DNA of 64,000 bases from an uncultured Planctomycetota bacterium (GCA_963823665.1 CAWGMQ010000004.1:544001-608000); one strand, 5' to 3'; positions 10,868-22,029 are shown, numbered from the stretch's first letter. Translations and numbers: made by a program. The notes: a model not told the origin generated them from the sequence alone.

Positions 10868-13750
10868 ATGACAACTGCGTACCACGCAAAGTATTTTGCC
10901 CACGATTTGACCCGCCGTTGTGCTTCCGACAGCGTGGAGAAGCTAACGGCTGTCTTGTCGGACGCACAGGTGGACCTGAATCCGCACCAGATCGAGGCGG
11001 CGCTGTTCGCCTTTCGTAATCCATTATCCCGAGGGGCGATCTTGGCCGACGAAGTCGGGCTCGGCAAGACAATCGAAGCCGGGTTGCTGATTGCCCAGAA
11101 CTGGGCTGAGCAGAAGCACCGAATTCTCGTAATTGCTCCCGCCAATCTGCGAAAACAATGGGGGCAGGAACTGGCCGACAAGTTCTTCCTGCCATCGGCT
11201 ATTCTGGAAAGCCGTACCTTCAACGAGTCCGTCCGTTCCGGCAACCTGAACCCGTTTCAGCGGGATGCCATCGTCATTTGTTCGTACCAGTTTGCCAAAA
11301 AGATGGAGCCATACATTCGCCAGACCCAATGGGATCTGGTCGTCATCGACGAAGCGCACCGGCTCCGCAACGTCTACAAGCCGACGAATAAGATCGCCAA
11401 CGCCATAAAACAGGCCGTCGCACCTTTTCGTAAAGTGCTGTTGACGGCCACACCGTTGCAGAATTCGTTGCTCGAACTCTACGGGTTGGTCAGCATTATT
11501 GACGAATTCGCCTTTGGCGACATGAAGACCTATCGTGCCCGGTTTACGCGACTGGGGAACGATGCCGACTTCACCGACCTGAAAGAACGGCTTCGGCCGA
11601 TCTGTAAGCGGACACTCCGCAAGCAGGTGTTGGAATATGTGAAATTCACGAACCGCCATGCCCTCGTGCAGGAATTCGTTCCAACGCCAGACGAACAACG
11701 GCTCTATGACCTGGTTTCGGAATACCTGCAACAGCCTACGCTTTACGCCTTGCCAGCGAGCCAGCGCTCGCTCATGACGCTCATCCTGCGAAAGCTGCTG
11801 GCGTCCTCCACCTATGCCATTTCCGACACTCTGAACGGCCTGGCCTTCAAACTCGAAATAGCCGCGAAGCAGGCCGAAGCGGTGGACGCACCGCCCGACG
11901 ACTTGGCCGAGAACCTTGAGGAATTCGACGATCTCACCGACGAGTGGGAACCGGATGAAGGGGAAGAGCCAGGGGATGACAAGCCGCAATTCACGCCGCA
12001 ACAGATTACCGAAATGCGTGAAGAGATGACTAAGCTCCGAGAGTTCCACGCCTTGGCAAAATCCATCGCCCGTAATTCCAAGGGTGAGGTTCTTTTGACG
12101 GCGCTCCGACGCGGATTCGCGGCCGCCGCCGAAGCACAACAGAGCACGAATGGAGCGACGCTTCAGCAGAAAGCCCTGATCTTCACAGAATCCCGCCGGA
12201 CCCAGGAATACCTTTTCGGCATCCTGGAGCAGACCGAGTTCGCTGGCAGTGTCATGCTCTTCAATGGCACGAACAGCGATGCAGGCTCAAAGGAAATCTA
12301 CCGTCGCTGGCTTGAAAAGAATGAAGGCACTGACCGCGTGTCCGGTTCACCGGGCGCGGACATGCGGGCTGCATTGGTCGAACACTTCCGCGATGAAGCG
12401 GCCATAATGATCGCGACGGAAGCGGCAGCCGAAGGCATCAACCTTCAGTTCTGCAACCTTGTCGTCAATTACGACCTGCCCTGGAACCCGCAACGCATCG
12501 AGCAACGGATCGGGCGATGCCACCGCTACGGACAGAAGTACGATGTGGTGGTCGTAAACTTCCTGAATAAGAACAACGCCGCTGATCAGCGAGTCTATCA
12601 ACTGCTCGATGAAAAGTTCCGCCTGTTCAACGGCGTTTTCGGAGCCAGCGACGAGGTTCTTGGCGCGGTTGAATCTGGCGTTGATTTCGAGAAGCGTATC
12701 GCGTCGATCTACCAGAAATGCCGGTCGACGCAGCAGATTCAGTTCGAGTTCGACCAGCTTCAACGCGACCTCGACACCGAGATCACCGCCGGCCAGCAGG
12801 ATGCCCGCGAAAAACTGCTCGACAATTTTGACCAGGAAGTAATCGAGAAGGTCCGAATCCAGAGCACCGGCCTGCTCGACAGGTTCAATGACCGTCTCTG
12901 GGTTCTGACCAAGCACTTGCTCGCATCCTTCGCCCAGTTCGACGAGCACCAGCACAGCTTCATCCTCACGAGCAATCCCTATCCGGGCGAGACGATTCAC
13001 CCCGGACCGTACCGGCTCGGCAAAAAGGTCGAGGATGCCAACACATACCGTGTCGGCCATCCTTTGGCCCAACGTGTCCTTGCCCACGCAAAGGCCCTGG
13101 CGCTTTCGCTGGCCGACGTTACCTTCGACTATTCGTCCAGCGGAAAGAACATCTCCGTCCTCGCGTCGCTCGTCGGGAATGGCGGCTGGCTCACCTGCTC
13201 GCGACTCTCCATTAGTTCGCTGGAAACTGAGGAGAACCTGATCTTTGCTGGCGTCACCGATAGCGGCGATCGGCTGGACGAGGGCCAGTGCCGTCGCTTG
13301 TTCGACTTGCCGGGCAAGACCGGCGGTTCTGTGACGATCGTCGGTGAAGCTCGATCAGCCTTGGCGGATGCTACCTCTCACCGGCAGAACGAATTGCTGG
13401 CTGCTCTTGCCGCCAAGAACGGTCAATGGTTCGACACGGAGATGGATAAGCTCGACCGCTGGGCAGAGGATCGCCGCGCCGCCCTGAAAGCAGAATTGGA
13501 AGAACTGGACGAAAGCATCAAAGCGACGAAGAAGTCCGCCCGTATGGCTCCCAACCTACCGGAAAAACTGGAACTCCAGCGAAAGCTCCGCGGGCTGGAG
13601 ACGAAACGCGATGAAGCATGGCGGGCCTACGATGCCGCGAGCCGGGACGTGGACCGCCAGAAAGACACCTTACTGGATGAAATCAGCCGCCGTCTTCAGC
13701 AACAAACAGCTCGCGACGCCCTGTTCACACTGCACTGGCGCGTCGTATGA
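10868..13750 (+). CDS. SNF2-family helicase/ATPase associated with type III R-M (960 aa)
   Basis: ILADEVGLGKT, IDEAHRLRN, LLTATPLQN, EGINLQF, YDLPWNPQRIEQRIGRCHRYGQ; C-terminal coiled coil. Confidence 0.92.
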   Translation: MTTAYHAKYFAHDLTRRCASDSVEKLTAVLSDAQVDLNPHQIEAALFAFRNPLSRGAILADEVGLGKTIEAGLLIAQNWAEQKHRILVIAPANLRKQWGQELADKFFLPSAILESRTFNESVRSGNLNPFQRDAIVICSYQFAKKMEPYIRQTQWDLVVIDEAHRLRNVYKPTNKIANAIKQAVAPFRKVLLTATPLQNSLLELYGLVSIIDEFAFGDMKTYRARFTRLGNDADFTDLKERLRPICKRTLRKQVLEYVKFTNRHALVQEFVPTPDEQRLYDLVSEYLQQPTLYALPASQRSLMTLILRKLLASSTYAISDTLNGLAFKLEIAAKQAEAVDAPPDDLAENLEEFDDLTDEWEPDEGEEPGDDKPQFTPQQITEMREEMTKLREFHALAKSIARNSKGEVLLTALRRGFAAAAEAQQSTNGATLQQKALIFTESRRTQEYLFGILEQTEFAGSVMLFNGTNSDAGSKEIYRRWLEKNEGTDRVSGSPGADMRAALVEHFRDEAAIMIATEAAAEGINLQFCNLVVNYDLPWNPQRIEQRIGRCHRYGQKYDVVVVNFLNKNNAADQRVYQLLDEKFRLFNGVFGASDEVLGAVESGVDFEKRIASIYQKCRSTQQIQFEFDQLQRDLDTEITAGQQDAREKLLDNFDQEVIEKVRIQSTGLLDRFNDRLWVLTKHLLASFAQFDEHQHSFILTSNPYPGETIHPGPYRLGKKVEDANTYRVGHPLAQRVLAHAKALALSLADVTFDYSSSGKNISVLASLVGNGGWLTCSRLSISSLETEENLIFAGVTDSGDRLDEGQCRRLFDLPGKTGGSVTIVGEARSALADATSHRQNELLAALAAKNGQWFDTEMDKLDRWAEDRRAALKAELEELDESIKATKKSARMAPNLPEKLELQRKLRGLETKRDEAWRAYDAASRDVDRQKDTLLDEISRRLQQQTARDALFTLHWRVV

Positions 13751-13783
13751 GCAATACCCCAAAAACACTAAGGCCCGCAAGAA

Positions 13784-15709
13784 ATGACCAGACCAGAAGT
13801 ACTGGACCTGCGTTCCCAAGACATCGCCGAGGACAAGCGGCAGGAACTCCTGTGCCTTTTCCCGGAGATCCGCACCGAAGGAGGCAAGGTAGATTTCGAT
13901 CGGCTGAAGGTCGTCCTGGGCGAGTCCGTGGATGTCGGCAAGGAACGCTACGGGATGAATTGGCCAGGAAAAGCCGACTGCTTCAAGACAATCCAGGCCC
14001 CGAGCTTGGGGACGCTGCGCCCATGCCCGGAAGAGAGCGTCAACTTCGACACTACCGAGAACCTGATCATCGAGGGAGACAATCTCGAGGTACTGAAGCT
14101 CATGCAGAAGTCGTATCTGGGTAAGGTCAAAATGATCTACATCGACCCGCCGTACAACACCGGCAATGACTTTATCTACCCGGATAACTACACCGAGAGC
14201 CTGCAAACCTACCTAGAATACACGGGCCAGGTCGATGCCGAAGGACGGAAATTCGGCACCAACACCGAGTCGGACGGACGATTCCACTCCAAGTGGATGA
14301 ACATGATGTATCCGCGTCTCTACCTCGCAAGGAATCTCCTGAGAGAAGACGGCGTCATCTTCATCAGCATTGATGATACGGAACTTGAAAACCTCCGACG
14401 CCTCTGCATCGACATTTTCGGTGAGGAGAACTTCATCTGCCAGATTTGCGTCGTCAGCAATCCACGCGGACGGCAATCCGAGGTGATCGCAACTACGCAC
14501 GAATACCTGCTTACATTCGCTCGCAATTCGGTAGCTTGCAGCCTTCGAGGACAGCCGCTTGATGAACGGCAGCTATCCGAATACAAGTTCACCGCGCCAA
14601 ACGGCAAGAGGTATCGCACCAGAGGGCTTCGGCACAGAGGAAATGCATCGCGGCGAGTGGATCGGCCGAAAATGTTCTTTCCGATTTACGTTGACCCTAA
14701 AACGAAGGCGGTGTCGTTACAACAGTCGGAAACGTTTGCAATCGAGGTATTGCCCCGAAAGTCCACTGGAGAGGATGGCCGATGGGAATGGGGACCGGAG
14801 ACTGTGGCAGGTCGGCTTGACCGACTTGAAGGTGTACTAATTTCAGGACGTGGCGAATGGGATGTTTTCCAGCGGGAATTCTTGGAGAATTCAGAGGGCA
14901 ACTCGCGAAACACGAAATGGAAATCGGTTTGGGACGAAACTGAAATCAATTACCAGAACGGCAAGACAGAGCTAAAAGACTTGTTCGGAGACAGTCCATT
15001 TGAGTATCCGAAGCCGACCTACCTGCTTCGGAAAATCGTTGAAGGAACCACCAGTGAGCACGACATTGTTCTCGACTTCTTCGCGGGATCGGGCACGACT
15101 GCTCAGGCCGTCCTCGAACAGAATGAAAAGGATGACGGTAATCGCAGCTTCATTCTGGTTCAACTTCCTGAACCGGTGAATCGTGACGGCTATGCGACGG
15201 TTGCTACCATTACCACAGAACGAGTGCGGCGCGTCATCAAGAAGCTGGGTGCCGATAACGCTGGGACACTCGCGTTGGGTCATGTCGAACAGGACCGTGG
15301 TTTCCGTGTTTTTAAGCTTTCCGAGTCCAACTTCATGACATGGGACGCTCAAGTCGCCCACGACCCGAAAGCACTAGAACAGCAACTCGCATTCCACATT
15401 GAGCACATCCGAGAAGATCGCACAGCGGAGGACATTCTTTACGAGCTGCTTCTAAAGAGCGGCTTCCCGCTCACGACGACGGTCGAGAAGCAGACGCTCG
15501 CCCAAAAGAATGTCTTCATCGTGGCTGGGGGTGCGCTCTTAATTACCCTGGAACGCGAATTGACGTTGGAACTGATTCGGGCTATTGCTGAGCGGAAACC
15601 GGAGCGAGTTGTTTGCCTTGATGAAGGTTTTGCCGGAAACGACCAACTGAAGGCCAATGCCGTGCAGACGTTCAAGTCCAAGGGCGTCATCAGCTTCAAG
15701 ACGGTGTAG
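13784..15709 (+). CDS. mod: Type III R-M methyltransferase subunit Mod (copy 1)
   Basis: NLIIEGDNLEVLK, IYIDPPYNTG, HSKWMNMMYPRL, F.YPKP, LDFFAGSGTT; beta-class motif order. Confidence 0.93.
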   Translation: MTRPEVLDLRSQDIAEDKRQELLCLFPEIRTEGGKVDFDRLKVVLGESVDVGKERYGMNWPGKADCFKTIQAPSLGTLRPCPEESVNFDTTENLIIEGDNLEVLKLMQKSYLGKVKMIYIDPPYNTGNDFIYPDNYTESLQTYLEYTGQVDAEGRKFGTNTESDGRFHSKWMNMMYPRLYLARNLLREDGVIFISIDDTELENLRRLCIDIFGEENFICQICVVSNPRGRQSEVIATTHEYLLTFARNSVACSLRGQPLDERQLSEYKFTAPNGKRYRTRGLRHRGNASRRVDRPKMFFPIYVDPKTKAVSLQQSETFAIEVLPRKSTGEDGRWEWGPETVAGRLDRLEGVLISGRGEWDVFQREFLENSEGNSRNTKWKSVWDETEINYQNGKTELKDLFGDSPFEYPKPTYLLRKIVEGTTSEHDIVLDFFAGSGTTAQAVLEQNEKDDGNRSFILVQLPEPVNRDGYATVATITTERVRRVIKKLGADNAGTLALGHVEQDRGFRVFKLSESNFMTWDAQVAHDPKALEQQLAFHIEHIREDRTAEDILYELLLKSGFPLTTTVEKQTLAQKNVFIVAGGALLITLERELTLELIRAIAERKPERVVCLDEGFAGNDQLKANAVQTFKSKGVISFKTV

Positions 15710-15720
15710 GAAGATCTGCT

Positions 15721-18699
15721 ATGAAACTGCAATTTGACGCCAACCAAACATACCAGCTTGACGCAATCGCGGCCGTCACCGACCTCTTCGACGGCCAGCC
15801 GCAGGGTGCCTCCGAGTACACGCCGATCGACCTCGGCGAATGGGGAGACCTGTTCGCCGGCCAGTCCCGCACCGAACTCGGCGTCGGCAACAGCCTGCTC
15901 TTAGCCCCGGAGAAGCTCCGCGACAATGCCAGGACCGTTCAGACCCGCAACGATATTGACACGCCCAATCCGGCAGCGACGCTCGAAACCTGGGAAATCT
16001 TCGACGCGGCGGCGAATCTTCCCCGCCAGTGCCCTCACTTCTCCGTCGAAATGGAGACGGGGACAGGTAAGACCTACGTCTATTTACGGACGATCTTCGA
16101 GCTATCGCGCCGCTACGGCTTCCAGAAATACATCATCGTCGTGCCGAGCGTGGCCATTCGAGAAGGCGTCCTTAAGAACATCGAGATCACCGCCGAGCAC
16201 TTCCGGGCACTCTACAACAACCTGCCGTTCGAGCACTTCGTTTACGATGCCAAAAAGGTCAACCGCCTGCGCCAGTTCGCCATAAGCAATACGCTGCAAA
16301 TCCTAGTCATCAACATCGACGCCTTCCGCAAGAACTTCACTGGTACCGAGGCCGAGCAGAAGAGCAATGTCATCTACAAGGAAAGCGACAAACTCTCAGG
16401 CCGCCAGCCCATCGAATTCGTACAGGCGGCCCGACCTATTGTCATCATCGACGAACCACAAAGCGTCGATTCGACGGATCGGGCACAGGAAGCAATCCGG
16501 GCCTTGAACCCGCTCTGTACGCTCCGTTACTCCGCTACCCACCGGAATCCCTATAACCTGGTCTATCGGCTCGACCCCGTCCGGGCATTTGAGTTACGGC
16601 TGGTTAAGCAAATAGTCGTCGCCAGTGCGACGCCGGACGGCGGAGCCAACGACGCATTCGTCCGCATCGAGCAGATCAACTACCAGCCAAGAATCCAGGC
16701 CAAGATTCGCATTCACGTCCAAACTGTCGATGGGCCGAAGGAAAAGTCGGTGGCGGTCAGGAACGGTGCGGACCTTTTCTCGGTGTCCAACGAACGTTTC
16801 TGCTACCGGGACGGCTTTGAGGTTGCCGAAATCAACGCCGAACCGGGAAGTGAGTACATCCGCTTCACCAATGGCCGCGTGATGCGGCTTGGCGAAGAAG
16901 TCGGCGGGATGCGCGACGATGTCTGGCGGACGCAGATCAAGCACACCGTCAAAAAGCACCTAGAGAAGGAGATTCAGCTTCGTGGACGCGGCGTCAAGGT
17001 CTTGAGCCTGTTCTTCATCGACCGGGTGGCCAATTACCGCGATTACGATGAAGCCGGCCGCCCCGTGAAGGGGAAATTTGCGGACGCCTTCGAAGAGATA
17101 CTGACTGAGTTCGCCAAGGATGCCCGTTACAAGAATTTTCCTTGGATCAAACTCCCGATCGAGCAACTTCACAACGGCTACTTTGCTCAGGATAAGAAAG
17201 GCGTCTTCAAGGACACGCGGGGTGACACCCAGGCCGATGATGAGGTTTATAACCTTATCATGAAGGATAAGGAACAGCTACTATCCGAAGAGGAACCGCT
17301 GAGGTTCATTTTCAGCCATTCAGCCCTTCGTGAAGGCTGGGACAACCCGAACGTCTTCCAGATTTGCACGCTGAACGAAACCCGCAGCGCTATGAAAAAA
17401 CGGCAGGAAATTGGCCGGGGCCTGCGCCTGCCGGTGAACCAGAATGGGCAACGCGTCTTCGACGAGTCAATTAACAAACTATTCGTCATGGCGAACGAGA
17501 CCTACGAGGATTTCGCGAAGGCCCTTCAGACCGAATATGAGGAGGATTGCGGGGTCAGTTTCGGCAAGGTGCCTATAACCGCCCTGGCGAAACTCACGCA
17601 CGTCGTAGACGGCGAGCAGAAGCCTATCGGCAGAGAAGCGGCGGAAGTCATCAAATCCACGCTCGTCGAGCAAAAGATGCTCGATACCGAGGGACGACTC
17701 CAGCCGTCCTTCGACCCCAGAAGGCCCGACTTTAAGATCGAACTGCCCGAGCCGCACCGGGAGATGATGCCGGCTGTCGTGGATCTGTTAGCCTCCTACC
17801 AGATTGAGCGGCACATCCGCAAAGAAAAGGATGAGGGGATCAACCGGCTGAAAAAAGAAGTGGCGCTCAGCCCCGAGTTCCATGCACTGTGGGACAAAAT
17901 TAAGCCGAAGACGACCTACCGGGTCGAGTTCGAGACCGACGAGCTAGTCCGCCGAGCCGTGACCACCATCAAGAAAATGGAAAAAATCGAGGCCCCAAAG
18001 GTCCGCGTTAGCGCTGGCCAATTGGGCGTCGTCCGGGGCGGCATTACGACGGCAGCCGTTAGCGTGGCCGAGGAACAGGTTTCCCACCAGAATCGTGCTG
18101 TCCCCGACGTTCTTGGTTACCTGCAAAATGAGACCGAGCTGACCCGTTCGACACTCGTGCGGATTCTGAAACAGTCTGGCCGTCTTGCCGAGTTCTTCCC
18201 CGACCCTCAACGGTTTATGGACGCCGTGGCGAATATCCTAAAGCATGAGCTCCATCGGCTGCTTGTGGATGGCATCAAGTACGAGAAGATCGGCGGCGGC
18301 GGCTCGGATGCCGAGTGGGAGATGCTTTTGTTCAAAAACGAAGAACTCATCAACTATCTCAACGCCTTGTCTGTCAACCATTCGGTCTACGAGTACGTCG
18401 TTTACGATTCCGAGGTCGAACGGGAGTTTGCCAGGCAGTTGGACACCCGGACCGACATAAAGCTCTTCGTCAAACTCCCTGGCTGGTTCGAGATCGACAC
18501 CCCGGTCGGCAAATACAACCCCGACTGGGCCGTCGTCAAGCACGATGACCAAACGCTCTATCTGGTCCGTGAGACGAAGAGTACGAAAGACTTCCTGAAA
18601 CTGCGCACGAGCGAAGCGGACAAAGTCCGTTGCGGCCAGAAACACTTCGAGACACTGGGCGTTCCGTTCTCGGTTGTGGTCTCAGCAGATGAGGTTTAG
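15721..18699 (+). CDS. res: Type III R-M restriction subunit Res
   Basis: FSVEMETGTGKTYVY, IIDEPQ, LRYSATH, FSHSALREGWDNPNVFQIC, QEIGRGLRL; C-terminal nuclease YNPDWA...VRETK. Confidence 0.93.
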   Translation: MKLQFDANQTYQLDAIAAVTDLFDGQPQGASEYTPIDLGEWGDLFAGQSRTELGVGNSLLLAPEKLRDNARTVQTRNDIDTPNPAATLETWEIFDAAANLPRQCPHFSVEMETGTGKTYVYLRTIFELSRRYGFQKYIIVVPSVAIREGVLKNIEITAEHFRALYNNLPFEHFVYDAKKVNRLRQFAISNTLQILVINIDAFRKNFTGTEAEQKSNVIYKESDKLSGRQPIEFVQAARPIVIIDEPQSVDSTDRAQEAIRALNPLCTLRYSATHRNPYNLVYRLDPVRAFELRLVKQIVVASATPDGGANDAFVRIEQINYQPRIQAKIRIHVQTVDGPKEKSVAVRNGADLFSVSNERFCYRDGFEVAEINAEPGSEYIRFTNGRVMRLGEEVGGMRDDVWRTQIKHTVKKHLEKEIQLRGRGVKVLSLFFIDRVANYRDYDEAGRPVKGKFADAFEEILTEFAKDARYKNFPWIKLPIEQLHNGYFAQDKKGVFKDTRGDTQADDEVYNLIMKDKEQLLSEEEPLRFIFSHSALREGWDNPNVFQICTLNETRSAMKKRQEIGRGLRLPVNQNGQRVFDESINKLFVMANETYEDFAKALQTEYEEDCGVSFGKVPITALAKLTHVVDGEQKPIGREAAEVIKSTLVEQKMLDTEGRLQPSFDPRRPDFKIELPEPHREMMPAVVDLLASYQIERHIRKEKDEGINRLKKEVALSPEFHALWDKIKPKTTYRVEFETDELVRRAVTTIKKMEKIEAPKVRVSAGQLGVVRGGITTAAVSVAEEQVSHQNRAVPDVLGYLQNETELTRSTLVRILKQSGRLAEFFPDPQRFMDAVANILKHELHRLLVDGIKYEKIGGGGSDAEWEMLLFKNEELINYLNALSVNHSVYEYVVYDSEVEREFARQLDTRTDIKLFVKLPGWFEIDTPVGKYNPDWAVVKHDDQTLYLVRETKSTKDFLKLRTSEADKVRCGQKHFETLGVPFSVVVSADEV

Positions 18700-18919
18700 C
18701 TGAACCGCAGTTGACCACCTCGGCCTGACATCCCCCGTGGGCCATGCGTAGCCCTACATAAACGTCTCCATCTGTAAAGAGATTCTGGCCTACTCGCATC
18801 TCCCTTCCCGTTTGCGTCTCGGTATATATCTGCACGTTGTTATGTCAGCGCCTCTTTTTTTGCTTGCCATTCCCTGGCTCCTAGGGAATGTTGGCAAACG
18901 AAAAGGGTGGTACTGGTGG

Positions 18920-20819
18920 ATGACGAAAACTGAGGAGCGTTTCGAGCTTCGATCTCATGTAGCGACTAAAGATAAACGGCAGACGCTTCTGTCCTTATTC
19001 CCAGAAGCTGCGCACCGAGAACGGCACGATTGACTTCGATCGCTTAAAGCTCGCGCTCGGGGAGACAGTTGATGTCGGCAAAGAACGCTACGGAATGAAC
19101 TGGCCGGGCAAGGCGGATTGCTTCAAGACGATTCAGCGGCCCAGCTTCGGAACTTTGCGGCCCTGCCCTGAGGATAGCGTTAGTTTTAACACGTCCGAGA
19201 ACCTGATCATCGAGGGAGACAACCTCGAAGTCCTCAAGCTCTTGCAGAAGTCGTACCTGGGCAAGGTAAAGATGATCTACATCGACCCTCCCTACAACAC
19301 CGGCAATGACTTCATCTATCCGGACAACTACGCGGAGTCGCTTCAGACCTATCTTGAGTACACGGGCCAACTCGATGCCGAGGGGCGCAAATTTGGCACG
19401 AACACCGAGGCCGACGGTCGCTTTCATTCGAAGTGGCTGAACATGATTTATCCAAGGCTCTATTTGGCTCGCAATCTCTTAACCGATGACGGCGTTATCT
19501 TTATCAGCATTGATGATCATGAGGTAACCCGTCTAAAAATGGTATGTGATGAGTTGTTCGGAGAGGAAAATTTTATTGATACAATAATATGGAAAAAGAG
19601 ATACCAAGGAGCGAAAGAAAAATTCCTAGCATCGATTCATGAATATATCCTGTTTTATGCTAAGAACATTGAAGCAGTTCCTCCAATTTTTATTCCAAGC
19701 GATCCAGACTACATTGACAAATATTATAAGTACAAGGATGCCAAATATCATGAAAGAGGTGCATATAGGACTCAGCCCCTTGAGGCGGGAAGAACAATGG
19801 ATGCAAGAAAGAATTTGATATATCCGATCCCTGCACCAGATGGCACTGAGATCCTGCCAAAAAGACAATGGGTGTGGGGTAAAGACCGAGTCTTTGAGGC
19901 GCTCAACAAAGGTGAATTAGAGTACAATAAATCAAGGGACGGGCAGTGGACTGTTGGATTTAAACAATATCTGAAAGACGAAGAGGGTAATACACGAGAG
20001 ACAAAAGCGTTTTCTATTATTGACGACATATACACGCAACATGGAACCGCTGAAGTAGCAGACTTAATGGGTTCTCAACAGATTTTCTCGTTTCCCAAGC
20101 CAACTCAATTAATTCAACGGCTAATGCAAATGGGCTTAGACAAAGAGTCTGAAATCATACTAGATTTTTTTGCAGGATCGGCAACAACCGCACACTCTGT
20201 AATGAATTTCAATCTGGAACACAAAACAAGCCACAAATATATACTGGTACAATTACCAGAACGACTTACCGAGAACTCAGAGGCTTTTAAGTGTGGTTTT
20301 ACCACTATCTCTGAGATAGCAAAAGAACGTATACGGCGCACGGCAAAAAAGATAGTGGAAGAAAACGATGAGCAACTAGATCTGATCGCTCAAGGCAAAC
20401 CAGATTTTGGATTTAAGGTTTTCAAGCTTGCTGAGTCGAACGTAACGACATGGGATGCCCAGGTCGCCCACGACCCGACAGCCCTGGAGAAGCAACTTGA
20501 ATTCCATGTTGACCATATCCGCGTGGGCAGGACGCCCGAAGACATCCTGTACGAGTTGTTGCTAAAGAGCGGTTTTCCGCTGACAACATTGGTCGAGAAG
20601 CAGATACTCGCCGGCAAGACGGTTTACAGCGTCGCCGATGGGGCGCTCATGATTTGCCTGGAACGAGAATTGAGTCTGGAATTGATCCGGGCAATCGCCG
20701 AGCGGAAACCAGAGCGGGTTATCTGCCTTGATGAGGGGTTTGCCGGCAACGACCAACTGAAAGCCAACGCCGTCCAGACGTTCAAGACCAAAGGTGTGAC
20801 AAGTTTCAAGACCGTCTGA
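18920..20819 (+). CDS. mod: Type III R-M methyltransferase subunit Mod (copy 2, different TRD; +1 frameshift near 19005)
   Basis: MTKTEERFELRS...LFPE continues in another frame as LRTENGTIDFDRLKLALGETVDVGKERYGMNWPG, collinear with copy 1. Has DPPY and LDFFAGSATT. The central TRD is unrelated to copy 1 and AT-rich. Confidence 0.88.
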
Positions 20820-20875
20820 CGGGTCATGCGTAACACCAGCTTGCAGGCACCGACCCCCCGCTTGACCCCTGCCCC

Positions 20876-20915
20876 GAATTGGAGAAACATAAAGGCCGTT
20901 ATGTTTCCCCAATTC
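20876..20915. promoter_or_regulatory. dif-like palindromic recombination site upstream of the tyrosine recombinase
   Basis: GAATTGGAGAAACATAA-AGGCCG-TTATGTTTCCCCAATTC: 17-bp arms with one mismatch, a 6-bp spacer and CATAA/TTATG inner cores as in Xer dif sites. Followed by TTGACC-N17-TAGGCT (20918-20946). Confidence 0.7.
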
Positions 20916-20985
20916 CATTGACCGCTCCCATGCCGTCGTGTAGGCTCCGATCATCCGTTCGCACGTACGACGAGGGAGCCGACGC

Positions 20986-22029
20986 ATGCCTAACGAACTC
21001 TCCACCATCACCCCGGCCGGTGACCTATCCACCGGTCGCACCGGCTTCATCCTGCCTGCCGCGATCGCCGACCAGGGCGACAAGGCCGCCGAGCGATTCT
21101 TCACTTTCTTCACCGACACCATTCCGAACGCCAACACGCGCGCCGCTTACTACCGCAACGCCATGCGGTTCTTCGCCTGGACGGAGAAAAAGCGACTGAG
21201 CCTGCCCGCGATCAAGAGCTATCACGTCTCCGCCTACCTGGCCGAACTCACGCTGACCGGCAAGCCGCAACCGGCCAGCACGCCCACGGTCAAGCAGCAC
21301 CTGGCCAGCTTACGGATGCTGTTCGACTGGCTAATTATCGGCCAGATCATCGACGCCAACCCCGCCGCCGCCGTGCGGGCCGCCAAGCACGTCGTCAAGA
21401 AGGGCAAGACGCCCGTGCTCAAAGCCGACCAGGCCCGCGAATTGCTCGACAGCATCCCGCTCAAGATCGGTCCGGAGCCGAAAGAAGGAGAGGAAGACAA
21501 CCGATCGCCGAGCCTGATCGGCCTCCGCGACCGGGCACTGATCGCCGTAATGGTGTTCAGCTTTGCCCGCATCACTGCCGCCCTCGGCATGAAGATCGAG
21601 GACTATTACACCGAAGGCAGGCGGGCCTGGTTCCGCCTGCACGAGAAAGGCGGTAAGCGACACGAAGTGCCCGCCCACCACAACGCCGAGGATTATCTGG
21701 ATGCGTATATCGCGGCGGCAGGCATCGCCGCCGAGCGGAAAACCCCCCTCTTCCGCTCCATCGACCGGCATCGCACGCTGACGGCCAGGCCGATGTCACG
21801 GATCGACGCCTGGAAGATGATCAAGCGCCGTGCCCAGGCTATCGGCCTGCCGGAAGACATCTGCAATCACACCTTCCGGGCAACCGGCATCACAGCCTAC
21901 CTAGAGAACGGCGGCACTATCGAGCACGCTCAGCAGATCGCCAACCACGAAAGCCCAAAGACAACCAAACTCTATGACCGCACCAGCGATCAGATTACGC
22001 TAGACGAAGTAGAACGCATTCTCATATAA
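20986..22029 (+). CDS. Tyrosine recombinase (Xer/resolvase-like)
   Basis: Catalytic set R (FAR), K (HEKGGK), H-x-x-R (HTFR), H (ANH), Y (TTKLYD); LRDRAL; N-terminal SAM-like domain. Confidence 0.92.
   Translation: MPNELSTITPAGDLSTGRTGFILPAAIADQGDKAAERFFTFFTDTIPNANTRAAYYRNAMRFFAWTEKKRLSLPAIKSYHVSAYLAELTLTGKPQPASTPTVKQHLASLRMLFDWLIIGQIIDANPAAAVRAAKHVVKKGKTPVLKADQARELLDSIPLKIGPEPKEGEEDNRSPSLIGLRDRALIAVMVFSFARITAALGMKIEDYYTEGRRAWFRLHEKGGKRHEVPAHHNAEDYLDAYIAAAGIAAERKTPLFRSIDRHRTLTARPMSRIDAWKMIKRRAQAIGLPEDICNHTFRATGITAYLENGGTIEHAQQIANHESPKTTKLYDRTSDQITLDEVERILI

Noticed and set aside
18995..19015. Phase-variable switch in mod2
   Set aside because: No simple-sequence tract at the frameshift; a one-base error or point mutation is more likely.
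20986..22029. The island's tRNA-targeting integrase
   Set aside because: It lies about 8 kb from the tRNA scar, has its own adjacent palindromic site and resembles resolvase-type enzymes. The true integrase is probably outside the window.
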